Below, one piece after another: positions 37,843-49,366 of a stretch of DNA of 64,000 nucleotides. The notes under the pieces are model-generated. The model made no database searches and was not told the DNA's origin. It saw only the letters and a list, made by a program, of their open reading frames with translations. Source of the stretch: Alphaproteobacteria bacterium (GTDB lineage Bacteria; Pseudomonadota; Alphaproteobacteria; Bin95); the NCBI GenBank assembly GCA_963665325.3, contig CAXXWS020000004.1, positions 224,001-288,000 of the forward strand. Direction: 5' to 3'. The position numbers were made by a program, and so were the translations under genes. Position 1 is the first letter of the stretch. Each line of letters starts with the position of its first letter.

Positions 37843-38967
37843 TTATTCGCGTCCCAGCGCGGCGCTGACCGTCTCGGCGGCGTCCCGCACCATGGCGTCG
37901 GCAAGGTGGATGTATTTCAGCGTGGTCTCCGGCCTGCTGTGCCCGAGTATCCGACCAATCGCCAGCACGGTCTCGCCCTGCCTGAGCGCCAGACTGGCTG
38001 TGGTATGGCGCAGGTCGTGAAGATGCACGTCTTCGAGCTCCGCCTCGGCGCGGACCCGTTTCCAGAAACGCTCCAGCCAGTTGATGCTCCGGGGGCGGTC
38101 GCCCCGCGACGCCGGGAACACCCAGCGCCCCTCCCGCTCAAGGCCGTCGAGAACGGCGCGCGCCGGCCCGGAGAGCCACACTGTCCTCGGCCCCGTCTTG
38201 CCGTCGCGCAGGAACAGGTGGCCGTCCCGGTAGTCGGACCAGCTGAGCGTCAGGATTTCGCTCTTGCGGCACCCGGTGAGCAGCAACAGGCGGATGAGCG
38301 CGGCCTGACCGGGCCATCGGGCCTCATGCGCAGTCAGCCTTTCCGACAGGCGGCGGATTTCGTCGTCGGAGAGGAACCGCTCCCGGCCCTTGCGGCGGTA
38401 GCGCCGGATGCCCCGGCAGGGATTGGAGCCCTCGGGCCGCAGGCCCATGCGCTCCGCCTCCCTCATGATGACGGAGAGGACCGGCATGGACCTGTCCGCC
38501 GCCACCGGCGTGGCGCGCAGGCGGGCGAACCAGTTCCTCACCTCCTGCCGGTCGATGGCGGCAATCGGCCGCCCTGTGAAATGCGGCAGCAGCTGGTTGT
38601 GAAGATAGTAGCGATTGACGGACAGCGTCCCCGGCTTCCAGAGCCGCTCGTAATGCCCGAACGTCGCCTCGGCGACGGCTTCGAAGACAGTCTCGCCGGG
38701 CGCGTGGAGCATGTCCTCGCCGCGCCGGACGGCGGCAAGCATTTCAGTAGCCGAAGCCCGCGCCTCCGTGACGTTCATGCTCTCGGCGTCGCCGACGATC
38801 CTCCAGGTCCGTTCGCCCCGATGCTGGCACTGGATGAAGAACTGCTTGCGACCCGACGGCGACACGCGCACGCCGAAGCCCCTGAGCTTCACGTCACGGA
38901 AGTCTCGGACTGTCTTGCGCGATTTGAGCGCCCCCACGCGGGCGTCGGTGAGGATGGTTGCAGGCAT
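37843..38967 (-). CDS. Tyrosine recombinase/integrase with N-terminal arm-binding domain (copy 1)
   Basis: GFGVRVSPSG, TGCRKSEI, DGKTG, HDLRHT, ILGH and KYIHL motifs. Confidence 0.93.
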   Translation of the reverse strand: MPATILTDARVGALKSRKTVRDFRDVKLRGFGVRVSPSGRKQFFIQCQHRGERTWRIVGDAESMNVTEARASATEMLAAVRRGEDMLHAPGETVFEAVAEATFGHYERLWKPGTLSVNRYYLHNQLLPHFTGRPIAAIDRQEVRNWFARLRATPVAADRSMPVLSVIMREAERMGLRPEGSNPCRGIRRYRRKGRERFLSDDEIRRLSERLTAHEARWPGQAALIRLLLLTGCRKSEILTLSWSDYRDGHLFLRDGKTGPRTVWLSGPARAVLDGLEREGRWVFPASRGDRPRSINWLERFWKRVRAEAELEDVHLHDLRHTTASLALRQGETVLAIGRILGHSRPETTLKYIHLADAMVRDAAETVSAALGRE

Positions 38968-39132
38968 GCCTTTCTCCCGGCTCCGGTGGCAGCCGGGGAA
39001 CAGGCAGTTGTGAACTGCTTATCCGACCGCTATATTTTCGGGAGAAAAAACGACACTAAATCAGATAGTTAGCACCCACCGGTGCGCTGCTCGGTGTCGT
39101 GCCCCATATTGCGCCCAGAAGGAGGACGTGTC

Positions 39133-39690
39133 ATGGACGCCGACACTATTCTCGACTCCGCACTGGCTGTTTCCGCCGAGCACGGCTGGGGGCGGGCGAC
39201 ATTTACCGATATTGCGGCGCACGCGGAATGCAGTCTCGCGGACATCTATCGCCACTTCCCGTCGAAATGTGCGCTGGCGACGGCAGCGGTTGCACGGATC
39301 GATGCGGCCGTGCTGGCCGAGACCGAACCGAATGGAGAGATGTCCTTTCGCGACCGGCTGTTCGATTTGTTGATGCGCCGATATGACGCGCTCAAGCCGC
39401 ATCGCAGAGCCATCGAGGCACTTTGGCGCGAATTGCCCCGCGACCCGTGGGCCGGCGCGCCGCTGGCGCCGGCTCTGGCCCGTTCCATGGCCTGGATGCT
39501 CGAAGCCGCGGGCGCGCCGCCACGCCTGCCGTTCGGCCTGTTGCGGGTGAAGTTGCTCGCCGGGATACACCTTTCCGTCATGCGCGTCTGGCTCAGGGAC
39601 GACAGCGAGGATCTGGGCCAGACCATGGCGAGGCTCGACAAGGCGTTGAAGCGGTGGGGGCCCGTTCTGGAAGGCCGGCGCCGCCAATAA
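39133..39690 (+). CDS. TetR/AcrR family regulator
   Basis: HTH TFTDIAAHAECSLADIYRHFPSK, RDRLFDLLMRR; RBS GGAGG. Confidence 0.85.
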   Translation: MDADTILDSALAVSAEHGWGRATFTDIAAHAECSLADIYRHFPSKCALATAAVARIDAAVLAETEPNGEMSFRDRLFDLLMRRYDALKPHRRAIEALWRELPRDPWAGAPLAPALARSMAWMLEAAGAPPRLPFGLLRVKLLAGIHLSVMRVWLRDDSEDLGQTMARLDKALKRWGPVLEGRRRQ

Positions 39691-39696
39691 AATTGT

Positions 39697-39753
39697 TGCG
39701 GCGCACAAAAAAATACTTGACGCTGCATCGCAGCATAGCGATATTGCACTGCG
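39697..39753 (+). promoter_or_regulatory. Phasin promoter with TGC-N3-GCA (PhaR-type) boxes
   Basis: TGCGGCGCA, CTGCATCGCAG and TGCACTGCG around TTGACG-N17-GATATT. Confidence 0.6.
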
Positions 39754-39817
39754 AGACAACGCCCGCGGCCTTTTGCGGCAGCCGGCTCCCGAGACAGGAA
39801 CGGAGACCAAAAGAGCG

Positions 39818-40273
39818 ATGTACAAGATGCCCTTTACCGATTTCGACCCGGCCCGGTTCATGGCCGACTTCAAGATTCCGGCCTTCGATGCCGAGGGCGC
39901 GATGGCGCTGCACCGCAAGAATGTCGAGGCCATGACTGCCGCCGGCCAGACGGCGTTCGAGGGCGCGGGCGCCGTCATGCGCCGCCAGGGCGAACTGGCG
40001 CGCGAGGCAGTTGAGGCTTCCGCCGCCAACATGAACATGTTCTTCGGCGATGCGAGCTTCGAGGACAAGGCGGAACGCAGCGCAGCGCTCGTCAAGGGCG
40101 CCTGGGAGTCTGCGGTCGCCGGAGCCGGGGAACTTGCGGAAATGTCGACCAGGACCGGACGCGACGTATTCGGCATGCTCGACAAGCGCGTCCGCGATGC
40201 CATGGACGAGACGGCAGCGATGGTCGTTCCGGCGGCCAAACCCGCGGAAAAGGCGGTCCCTGCCAAGTCATAA
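39818..40273 (+). CDS. Phasin family protein
   Basis: FKIPAFD..HRKNVEAMTAAGQ..EG..RRQ, amphipathic Ala-rich helices. Confidence 0.82.
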   Translation: MYKMPFTDFDPARFMADFKIPAFDAEGAMALHRKNVEAMTAAGQTAFEGAGAVMRRQGELAREAVEASAANMNMFFGDASFEDKAERSAALVKGAWESAVAGAGELAEMSTRTGRDVFGMLDKRVRDAMDETAAMVVPAAKPAEKAVPAKS

Positions 40274-40299
40274 GGCGCGTTGTTCCTCCCCTTCGCGCC

Positions 40300-40334
40300 A
40301 GGCCGCTCCTGCAATGCGGGGGCGGCCTTTTCTT
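40300..40334 (+). terminator. Rho-independent terminator
   Basis: AGGCCGCTCCTGC-AAT-GCGGGGGCGGCCT followed by TTTCTT. Confidence 0.75.
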
Positions 40335-40422
40335 GTCCGGCCCCGGTGCTTCCCCGCTGCGCCGCGCCCGCGCATGCCGGCGACAAGACGCGTCCGTCCC
40401 CATCGGCTATGGTCGCCACGCC

Positions 40423-41760
40423 ATGACGAACGATGTCCTGAATTTCCTGGGCGACCTCGTGCGCGAAGCGCGCGCGCAGGGAGCCGACGAAGCCGATGCC
40501 GTCGATATCGACAGCCGCTCGCTCGAAGCGGCGGTGCGGTTCGGCAAGATCGAACATATGGAGCGCTCCGAACTCCGCAAGACCGGCCTGCGGGTTCTGG
40601 TGGGGCGGCGCCAGGCAGTGGTCGCAACTGCCGACCGGCAGCGGGAAACGGCGACTGCACTGGTCGAGCGGGCGGTCGCCATGGCGCGCGCCGCGCCGGA
40701 AGATCCCCATGCCGGACTGGCGGACCCGGCGCTTCTGGCGTCGGACTGGCCCGACCTGGACCTCTATGACGCAGACGTACCGGCTTCGGAGGACTTTGTC
40801 CGGAAGGCCGCGGAAGCCGAGGCAGCGGCACTCGATGTGCCGGGCGTCACCAATTCGGAAGGCGCCGGCGCGGGCCGCACCGAAACCCATGTCGCGCTCG
40901 TATCGAGCAACGGGTTCGCCGGCGGCTACAGGAGGTCCGGATGCGGGCTGTCCGTATCGGTCCTGGCCGGCGAGGGCACCGCGATGGAGAGCGAATACGA
41001 CTGGTCCCAGGCCGTCCACGCTTCCGATCTCGCGGAGCCTGCGGCCCTGGGCCGGAGCGCAGGAGAGCGCGCGGTGCGCCGGCTCGGTCCCGTCAAGCCG
41101 GAGACGGCGGTCATGCCGGTGGTCTTCGAGCAGCGCCTCGCGGGAAGGCTCGTCGGCGCACTCGCCGGAGCCATCAACGGCGCTGCCGTCGCGCGCGGCA
41201 CCAGCTTTCTCAAGGACGCGATGGGGGAGGCGGTGCTGAAGGAAGGCATGATGCTGATCGACGATCCCGGCCGCCGGCGCGGTCCCGGATCGCATCCGTT
41301 CGACGCCGAAGGGCTGTCCTGCGCACGCCGCGCCCTGGTCGAAAACGGTGTGCTCCGCTCCTGGCTGCTGGACTTGCGCTCCGCCCGGCAGCTGGGCCTG
41401 CCGCCGACGGGCAATGCCGCACGCAGCGCCGGCTCGGCGCCCGGCCCTGCATCCTCCAATCTCTATCTGGAGCCGGGGCGCGTTCCCCCGGAAGAGCTGA
41501 TCGGCGAGATCGAGTCCGGCCTGTTCGTTACGTCGGTCATGGGACCCGGCGTCGATCTGGTCGCCGGGCGTTACAGCCAGGGCGCGGCGGGCTTCGCGAT
41601 TCGCGGCGGCAAGATCGCTGAACCGGCCAACGAAATCACGATAGCGGGGGACTTGCGCGATATGCTGCTCGGCATCGACGCCGCCGACGACCTGGTAATC
41701 CGGGGCAGCGTCAACGCGCCGACCCTGCGGATCGATGCCATGACAGTGGGAGGACGCTGA
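40423..41760 (+). CDS. pmbA: TldD/PmbA family protein (PmbA/TldE)
   Basis: GLRVLVG, VTNSEG, RGTSFL, FDAEG, TGNA.R and EITIAG motifs. Confidence 0.85.
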   Translation: MTNDVLNFLGDLVREARAQGADEADAVDIDSRSLEAAVRFGKIEHMERSELRKTGLRVLVGRRQAVVATADRQRETATALVERAVAMARAAPEDPHAGLADPALLASDWPDLDLYDADVPASEDFVRKAAEAEAAALDVPGVTNSEGAGAGRTETHVALVSSNGFAGGYRRSGCGLSVSVLAGEGTAMESEYDWSQAVHASDLAEPAALGRSAGERAVRRLGPVKPETAVMPVVFEQRLAGRLVGALAGAINGAAVARGTSFLKDAMGEAVLKEGMMLIDDPGRRRGPGSHPFDAEGLSCARRALVENGVLRSWLLDLRSARQLGLPPTGNAARSAGSAPGPASSNLYLEPGRVPPEELIGEIESGLFVTSVMGPGVDLVAGRYSQGAAGFAIRGGKIAEPANEITIAGDLRDMLLGIDAADDLVIRGSVNAPTLRIDAMTVGGR

Positions 41761-41782
41761 ACTGCGGTCCGGGTTGCGTCCG

Positions 41783-42205
41783 TCAGCTGTCCAGCCGGGG
41801 CGCCCAGGGGATGCGACCGAATTCTATGCCTTCTTCGGCAAGCGCCTCGGCTTCCCGGGGCGTCGTCTCGCCGTAGATCGCATGGCTGTCCGTCTCGCCG
41901 TAATGGATGCGGCGCGCCTCCTCGGCAAAGCGCGGACCGACATAGTCGCAGTTTTGCTCGACCTTGCGGCGCAGTTCGCGGAGTTCCCGCACAATGGCAG
42001 CCCGGCGCTCCGACGACGCGCCGGACGAGCCTTCCGCCCCCTTGGGCGCGACATTGGGCGTCATCAGGCTCTTGCGCGCCGACGTGTCGCTGCAATGCGG
42101 GCACATCACCTTGCCTTCCGCGATCTGCGCGTCGCAGGCGGCGCTGTCGCGGAACCAAGCCTCGAACTCATGCTCGTTCGTGCAGATGAGCCGGTAAACG
42201 ATCAT
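41783..42205 (-). CDS. DUF1178 family protein
   Basis: MI.Y.L.C...HEFEAWF, CPHC, DYVGPRFAEEARRIHYGE and IYGE motifs. Confidence 0.9.
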   Translation of the reverse strand: MIVYRLICTNEHEFEAWFRDSAACDAQIAEGKVMCPHCSDTSARKSLMTPNVAPKGAEGSSGASSERRAAIVRELRELRRKVEQNCDYVGPRFAEEARRIHYGETDSHAIYGETTPREAEALAEEGIEFGRIPWAPRLDS

Positions 42206-42234
42206 GCTCCACATATAATGTCATAGTCGGTTCG

Positions 42235-42759
42235 ATGCCAGTATCCGCTTGGATCGCGCGCTTCGCCGACCTCGTACCGCCCGCCGCGCCCGTGCTCGAC
42301 CTGGCCGCAGGCGGGGGCCGGCATACCCGGTTCTTCGCAGCCCGAGGCCATCCCGTGCTCTCTGTTGACAGGGATGTCTCCCGCCTGCCGGACGGACTTG
42401 CCTGGGACCTCGAAGACGGCAGCCCGTGGCCGTTCGCAGACCGGCGTTTCGGGGCGGTCGTGGTCGTCAACTACCTCCACCGCCCCACGCTCCCCGCCAC
42501 GGTTTCCCTGGTCGCGCCAGGCGGGCTCCTGCTCTATGAAACATTCGCCGAGGGTCAGGAAGCTTTCGGCCGGCCCCGCAATCCGGATTTCCTTCTGCGG
42601 CCGGGCGAACTTCTCCGGGCGGTGCAGGGCCGTTTCGTGGTGCTGGCCTATGAGCACGGGCAAGTGGAAGGGCCCAGAATGGTTCAGCGCATTGCCGCAA
42701 TCGACCCTGGCCCCGCCGGCCGGCCGGATGTCTCCGTTTCCATTTCGACATCGCGGTAA
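42235..42759 (+). CDS. Class I SAM-dependent methyltransferase
   Basis: VLDLAAGGGRH, VVVNYLHRP, GGLLLYETF and NPDFLL.PGEL motifs. Confidence 0.85.
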   Translation: MPVSAWIARFADLVPPAAPVLDLAAGGGRHTRFFAARGHPVLSVDRDVSRLPDGLAWDLEDGSPWPFADRRFGAVVVVNYLHRPTLPATVSLVAPGGLLLYETFAEGQEAFGRPRNPDFLLRPGELLRAVQGRFVVLAYEHGQVEGPRMVQRIAAIDPGPAGRPDVSVSISTSR

Positions 42760-43859
42760 ACCTTGGCGGAAAGCACCAGGCCGAAGCCGATCTGGAGCGT
42801 CAGCATCGCCGTGCCGCCGTAGGATATGAACGGCAGCGGCACGCCGACCACCGGGATCAGGCCGGCGACCATGGCGATATTGGCGAAGACGAACAGGAAG
42901 AAGGTGAAGGTGACGCCGAAGGCCAGAAGCCGGGCAAAATCGTTCCGCGCCATGAAGCCGATTGCGAAACCGTAGCCCATGATGGCCAGATAGAGCGCGA
43001 GGACGAAGAGGCCGCCGGCAAGCCCGAACTCCTCTGAAACGACCGTGAAAATGAAGTCCGTATGGCTTTCCGGCAGGAAGCCAAGATGGCTCTGCGTTCC
43101 CTCGAGATAGCCTTTCCCGAACTCTCCGCCCGAACCGATGCCAACTTTCGACTGGTAGCCGTGGTAGCCGGCGCCGGCAAGGTCGCGTTCGGAATCGAGG
43201 AAGGTGAGCACCCGGTCGCGCTGATAGTCCTTCAACCTGTACCAGACCGCCGGTATGAGCGCCCCCGCGCCGACGCCGAAGATCGCAAACACCCGCCAGG
43301 AAACGCCACCCAGGAAGAGGAGGGCCACGCCGCCTGCCGCAATCATCGCCGCTGTACCCAGATCCGGCTGCCGCGCGACCAGCAGAGCGGGCGCGGCGGT
43401 CAGCGCCAACGCAAGCAGCAACATGGGCCAGCGATTGGCCTCTCTTTCGTCCCGGACATGGAAGTGGCGGGCGAGCGCCAACACCAGCGAAATCTTCATG
43501 ATTTCGGACGGCTGTATCGACAACGGACCGAGCTTCAGCCAGCGTTGGGCACCCATGCCGACATCGCCGACGAACTCGACTCCGATGACGAGCAGGAGCG
43601 ACGCGGCATAGATCGGATAGGCGCAGCGCAGCCAGAACCGGATGTCGATCAGCGCGACGGCCAGCATGACCGCAAGGCCGACCGCAAATCGCAATGCGTG
43701 CGGACCCGCCCAGGGTTGGATATCGCCGCCGGCGGCCGAATAGAGCATCGCGAAGCCGACAGAGGTAGTGAGGGTCAGAAGGATGACTAGCACCCAATCG
43801 ACCCGGAGCAGCAATCCACCGATTCCCAAGCCCGGCCGGCGGACTTCCCAAGCCTTCAT
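42684..43859 (-). CDS. rodA: Rod shape-determining protein RodA
   Basis: GAQRW, QPSE..K, QPDLGT, IGSGG, LPESHTDFIF and LPFISYGG motifs. Confidence 0.95.
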   Translation of the reverse strand: MKAWEVRRPGLGIGGLLLRVDWVLVILLTLTTSVGFAMLYSAAGGDIQPWAGPHALRFAVGLAVMLAVALIDIRFWLRCAYPIYAASLLLVIGVEFVGDVGMGAQRWLKLGPLSIQPSEIMKISLVLALARHFHVRDEREANRWPMLLLALALTAAPALLVARQPDLGTAAMIAAGGVALLFLGGVSWRVFAIFGVGAGALIPAVWYRLKDYQRDRVLTFLDSERDLAGAGYHGYQSKVGIGSGGEFGKGYLEGTQSHLGFLPESHTDFIFTVVSEEFGLAGGLFVLALYLAIMGYGFAIGFMARNDFARLLAFGVTFTFFLFVFANIAMVAGLIPVVGVPLPFISYGGTAMLTLQIGFGLVLSAKVYRDVEMETETSGRPAGPGSIAAMR

Positions 43860-45667
43860 GATGCGACGGTCCCGGACTTCTGGGCGGCCAGCAGCAGGTC
43901 TCGCGCAAGCGGCGCAGCGGCCTTGGACCCGCTGCCTCCGTGCTCCACGACAACTGCGGCGGCATAGCGCGGCCGCTTTACAGGCGCATAGCCGACAAAC
44001 AGCGCGTGGTCGCGTTCCTTGCGCGGAAGGTCCTCGTTCTTGCGCACGCCGAGCCGCCGCTCCAGCGTGGATATGCGCCGCACCTGCGAAGTTCCGGTCT
44101 TGCCCGCCATCTCGAACCCGTCCTCCTGGATTCGAGCAGCCCAGCCCGTGCCCCGCCGCGAACCCGTAACGGCGGCCAGCCCGGCGCGCACTGCCTGAAG
44201 ATGCCGTTTGTCGATGCCGAGTTCAGGGACGGTCTCACGGGCGAGCAGCCTGGGCAGGACCGCATGCCTGCCATTGGCAAGCCGCGCGGTCATCGTCGCC
44301 AGTTGCAGCGGCGTTGCGAGCACATAGCCCTGGCCGATACCGGCGATCAGTGTCTCTCCGGCCTGCCAGGATTCGTTGCGCACGTCCTGCTTCCACGCCT
44401 TGGTGGGGATGAGCCCGCCACGCTCGCCCGGAATCTCGACACCGGTCGGCTCGCCGAACCCGAGCTTCCTCGCCATTGCCGCGATCCGGTCGATGCCGGT
44501 GCGCTGGGCTATCTCGTAGAAATAGACATCGCAGGACTGCTGAAGCGCTTGGAAGAGATCCATATGTCCATGTCCACCGCGGCGCCAGCAGTGAAATTTT
44601 CCGGTGCCCAGTTCGTGGACGCCGTTACAGAAGAAACGATGTTCCTTTGAAACGACCTTCGCTTCCAGCGCAGCCAGGGCGACCGCGACCTTGAAGGTGG
44701 ACCCGGGCGCATACTGGCCCGATACGACGCGGTTGCTGAGCGGGTGCAGAGGGTGAGAGGCGAGGGCTTGCCACTCGCTCCTGTCTGCGATGCCGTCGTG
44801 AAACGCGCCGGGATCGAAGCTGGGCGACGACGCCATGGCGAGCAGGCCGCCGCTTTCCACGTCGATCAGCACGGCGGCGCCGGTCGCCGGGCCGAACAGT
44901 CCGGCCGCGAATGTCTGGAGGCCGGCGTCGAGCGTGAGGCGAAGCGTTTCTCCGGAAAGACCTTCCCGCCTGCCCAGCTCCCGGCGCTGACGGCCCGTGG
45001 AGGTAATCTCGACCAGGCGCGTGCCGGCAGCTCCTCGCAAGGCTTCGTCCTGGGTACGTTCGACGCCCGTCTTTCCGATACGGAAATCGGGCATGCGAAG
45101 GAGAGAGTCGGCATCGGACCGGTCGAGATCCTTTCTCGAAACCCGACCGACATAGCCGATGGTATGGGCCGCCGCCGCTCCCAGCGGATAGATCCGGCGT
45201 AGCGCTGCGTTGGTGAAAATGCCCTCATGCTCGGCTATTGCCAGCGAGAGCCGGGCCATCTCCTCCCACGAGATGTCGTCCAGCACGACCACCGGCTCGA
45301 ACCCCGGCTGCTTTCGCACCGTTCTCCGGACCCGTTCGCGCGCCGCCGGGCCGAGCGCTGCAACGCGGGCGATTTCGTCCAGCGCAGCGTCGATCGGGCC
45401 CGATTTCTCCGGAACCAGAAGCAGGCGGTATGTCTCCCGGTTGTGGGCCAACGGCCTGCCGCGGCGGTCGAGAATTTCGCCGCGCTGGGGAGCGAGCAGA
45501 CGCTCCGCAGTGCGGTTGTCTTCAGCCCGGCTCGCATAGCGTTCGCCTTCGAACACCTGCAATTGCACCAACCGGCCTCCCAATAGGCCGACCAGACCGA
45601 CCTGGACGCCCCCCAGAAGCAAAGCGCGACGGCGGATCGACTGGGCCCGGTTGCGCGCGCCCGCCAT
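43856..45667 (-). CDS. mrdA: Penicillin-binding protein 2
   Basis: RGEILDR, GSTFK, SCD, GIGQGY and GKTGTSQ motifs. Confidence 0.95.
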   Translation of the reverse strand: MAGARNRAQSIRRRALLLGGVQVGLVGLLGGRLVQLQVFEGERYASRAEDNRTAERLLAPQRGEILDRRGRPLAHNRETYRLLLVPEKSGPIDAALDEIARVAALGPAARERVRRTVRKQPGFEPVVVLDDISWEEMARLSLAIAEHEGIFTNAALRRIYPLGAAAAHTIGYVGRVSRKDLDRSDADSLLRMPDFRIGKTGVERTQDEALRGAAGTRLVEITSTGRQRRELGRREGLSGETLRLTLDAGLQTFAAGLFGPATGAAVLIDVESGGLLAMASSPSFDPGAFHDGIADRSEWQALASHPLHPLSNRVVSGQYAPGSTFKVAVALAALEAKVVSKEHRFFCNGVHELGTGKFHCWRRGGHGHMDLFQALQQSCDVYFYEIAQRTGIDRIAAMARKLGFGEPTGVEIPGERGGLIPTKAWKQDVRNESWQAGETLIAGIGQGYVLATPLQLATMTARLANGRHAVLPRLLARETVPELGIDKRHLQAVRAGLAAVTGSRRGTGWAARIQEDGFEMAGKTGTSQVRRISTLERRLGVRKNEDLPRKERDHALFVGYAPVKRPRYAAAVVVEHGGSGSKAAAPLARDLLLAAQKSGTVAS

Positions 45668-46164
45668 CAGGCGAACCTCCTCAATGCCGTTGTATCGAGA
45701 ACCGCCAACGCCCCGGCCACGACCGGATAGGTCAATGCGGTCAGCAGGAGCACGGCGGCAGGTGCCCCGACCGGCAGTGCTGCGCCGTAATAGAAGGAGG
45801 CGCCGGCCCATGCGATCGCACTGGCCGCAAGCGCCACGACGGCGAATACGGCCCAGCCGACGGCAAACGGCTGTCCAACCACGAGGAAGCGCTGGCTGCG
45901 CGCCGCCCCGAGCACGAACAGATAGACGAGCGCCATGAGGCCGAACGGTGCGTCGGCGACGCTGTCATGCGTGAGGCCAATGGCGAAGACGAACGGCGCC
46001 GGCACGAGGTCCGGGCGCCTTCCGGCCCAATAGTGAACCGCCGCAACGGCGAGAGCCGGTGCGGCCCGGTCGCCGATCCAGGGCACCAGCGAGATGAGCA
46101 GGAGCACTGCAATGCTTGCGCCCGGCACCGCTGCACGCGCGGCACGGTCCAGATGCGCCAGCAT
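45667..46164 (-). CDS. mreD: Rod shape-determining protein MreD
   Basis: Hydrophobic, HYW..RP..VFAIGL.HD; position in the mre operon. Confidence 0.8.
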   Translation of the reverse strand: MLAHLDRAARAAVPGASIAVLLLISLVPWIGDRAAPALAVAAVHYWAGRRPDLVPAPFVFAIGLTHDSVADAPFGLMALVYLFVLGAARSQRFLVVGQPFAVGWAVFAVVALAASAIAWAGASFYYGAALPVGAPAAVLLLTALTYPVVAGALAVLDTTALRRFA

Positions 46165-47031
46165 CTATTCCTCCACCAGCGAAGTAAAGTCGGCCACGCC
46201 CCGATCCACAACCCGGACGAATTCCAGCCGCGTCCAGTCCACATGCGGCACGACTTCGACCCCGCCGCCGGACTTTACCGCAGTGCCGACATCGCCTACG
46301 GGCAGTCCCGGGGGGAACACGCCTCCGCGGCCTGACGTGATGACGACATCCCCGGGCGCCAATGCGGCGTTCCGGGGAAGGAAGCGCAGGTGGGGACGGA
46401 TGCCGTTGTCGCCCACGAGAATGGCGTGGACCCGGTTCGGGCCAGCCAGCACGGGCACATGCGAGCGCCGGTCGGTAATCAGCAGCACACGCGCACTCCG
46501 GACCCCCGCAGACATCACCCGTCCGACCAGCCCCTCGGCCGAGATCACCGCCTGCTCCGGACGAACGCCCTGGCGGCCCCCGGCATCCATCAGCAGGCTG
46601 CGGGCGTAGGGACCGCCAGTGTCGGCGATCACGCGCGCGGCGATCGTGCGGACCTCTTCTCCGGGGTCGAAGCGCAGCAAACGGCGCAATTCGCGATTCT
46701 GGCCGTCGAGCCGCCGCGCGAGCACCTGCCACTGGCGCAGGCGCGCATTCTCCGCCCGGAGCAGGGAATTCTCCTCGGTCAGCGCCGCGACGCGGCCGAG
46801 ATTGCTGCCGATGTCGCGCGCGGCCCGTACGGGCACGGTTACAGCGTGGAGAACGGGGGCCAACAGGTCTCCGACCGCGCCCTTGACCCAGTCGAAAACA
46901 TAGACTTCGGCTTTCCCAATGACGAGCGCGCCCAGGGCAACGGTGACGAGCAGGACGAACATGGCCCGGCGCAGGGTCGCCTGGACTGGCGTTTCGGCCT
47001 TGACCTCCGGTCCCGCGCGGTGCTCCTGCAA
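46165..47031 (-). CDS. mreC: Rod shape-determining protein MreC
   Basis: Coiled coil EN..LR, GLVGRV, VLLITD and TSG.GGVFPPGLPVG motifs. Confidence 0.92.
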   Translation of the reverse strand: MQEHRAGPEVKAETPVQATLRRAMFVLLVTVALGALVIGKAEVYVFDWVKGAVGDLLAPVLHAVTVPVRAARDIGSNLGRVAALTEENSLLRAENARLRQWQVLARRLDGQNRELRRLLRFDPGEEVRTIAARVIADTGGPYARSLLMDAGGRQGVRPEQAVISAEGLVGRVMSAGVRSARVLLITDRRSHVPVLAGPNRVHAILVGDNGIRPHLRFLPRNAALAPGDVVITSGRGGVFPPGLPVGDVGTAVKSGGGVEVVPHVDWTRLEFVRVVDRGVADFTSLVEE

Positions 47032-47043
47032 TAGGCAGCTCCC

Positions 47044-49362
<2,319 letters not shown>

Positions 49363-49366
<4 letters not shown>

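Larger units (their letters stand above)
20034..39097. mobile_element. Integrative mobilizable element (two tyrosine recombinases plus MobF relaxase)
   Basis: 10-bp direct repeat TGCTCGGTGT at 20034-20043 and 39088-39097 coincides with the switch from host to accessory genes; integrases at right end. Confidence 0.8.

Noticed and set aside
36667-39072. 801-aa plus-strand ORF and other long antisense ORFs (e.g. 24561-26621, 28577-30424, 51719-53866, 39061-41295)
   Set aside because: They shadow well-supported genes on the opposite strand; expected from high GC3 codon bias; no motifs
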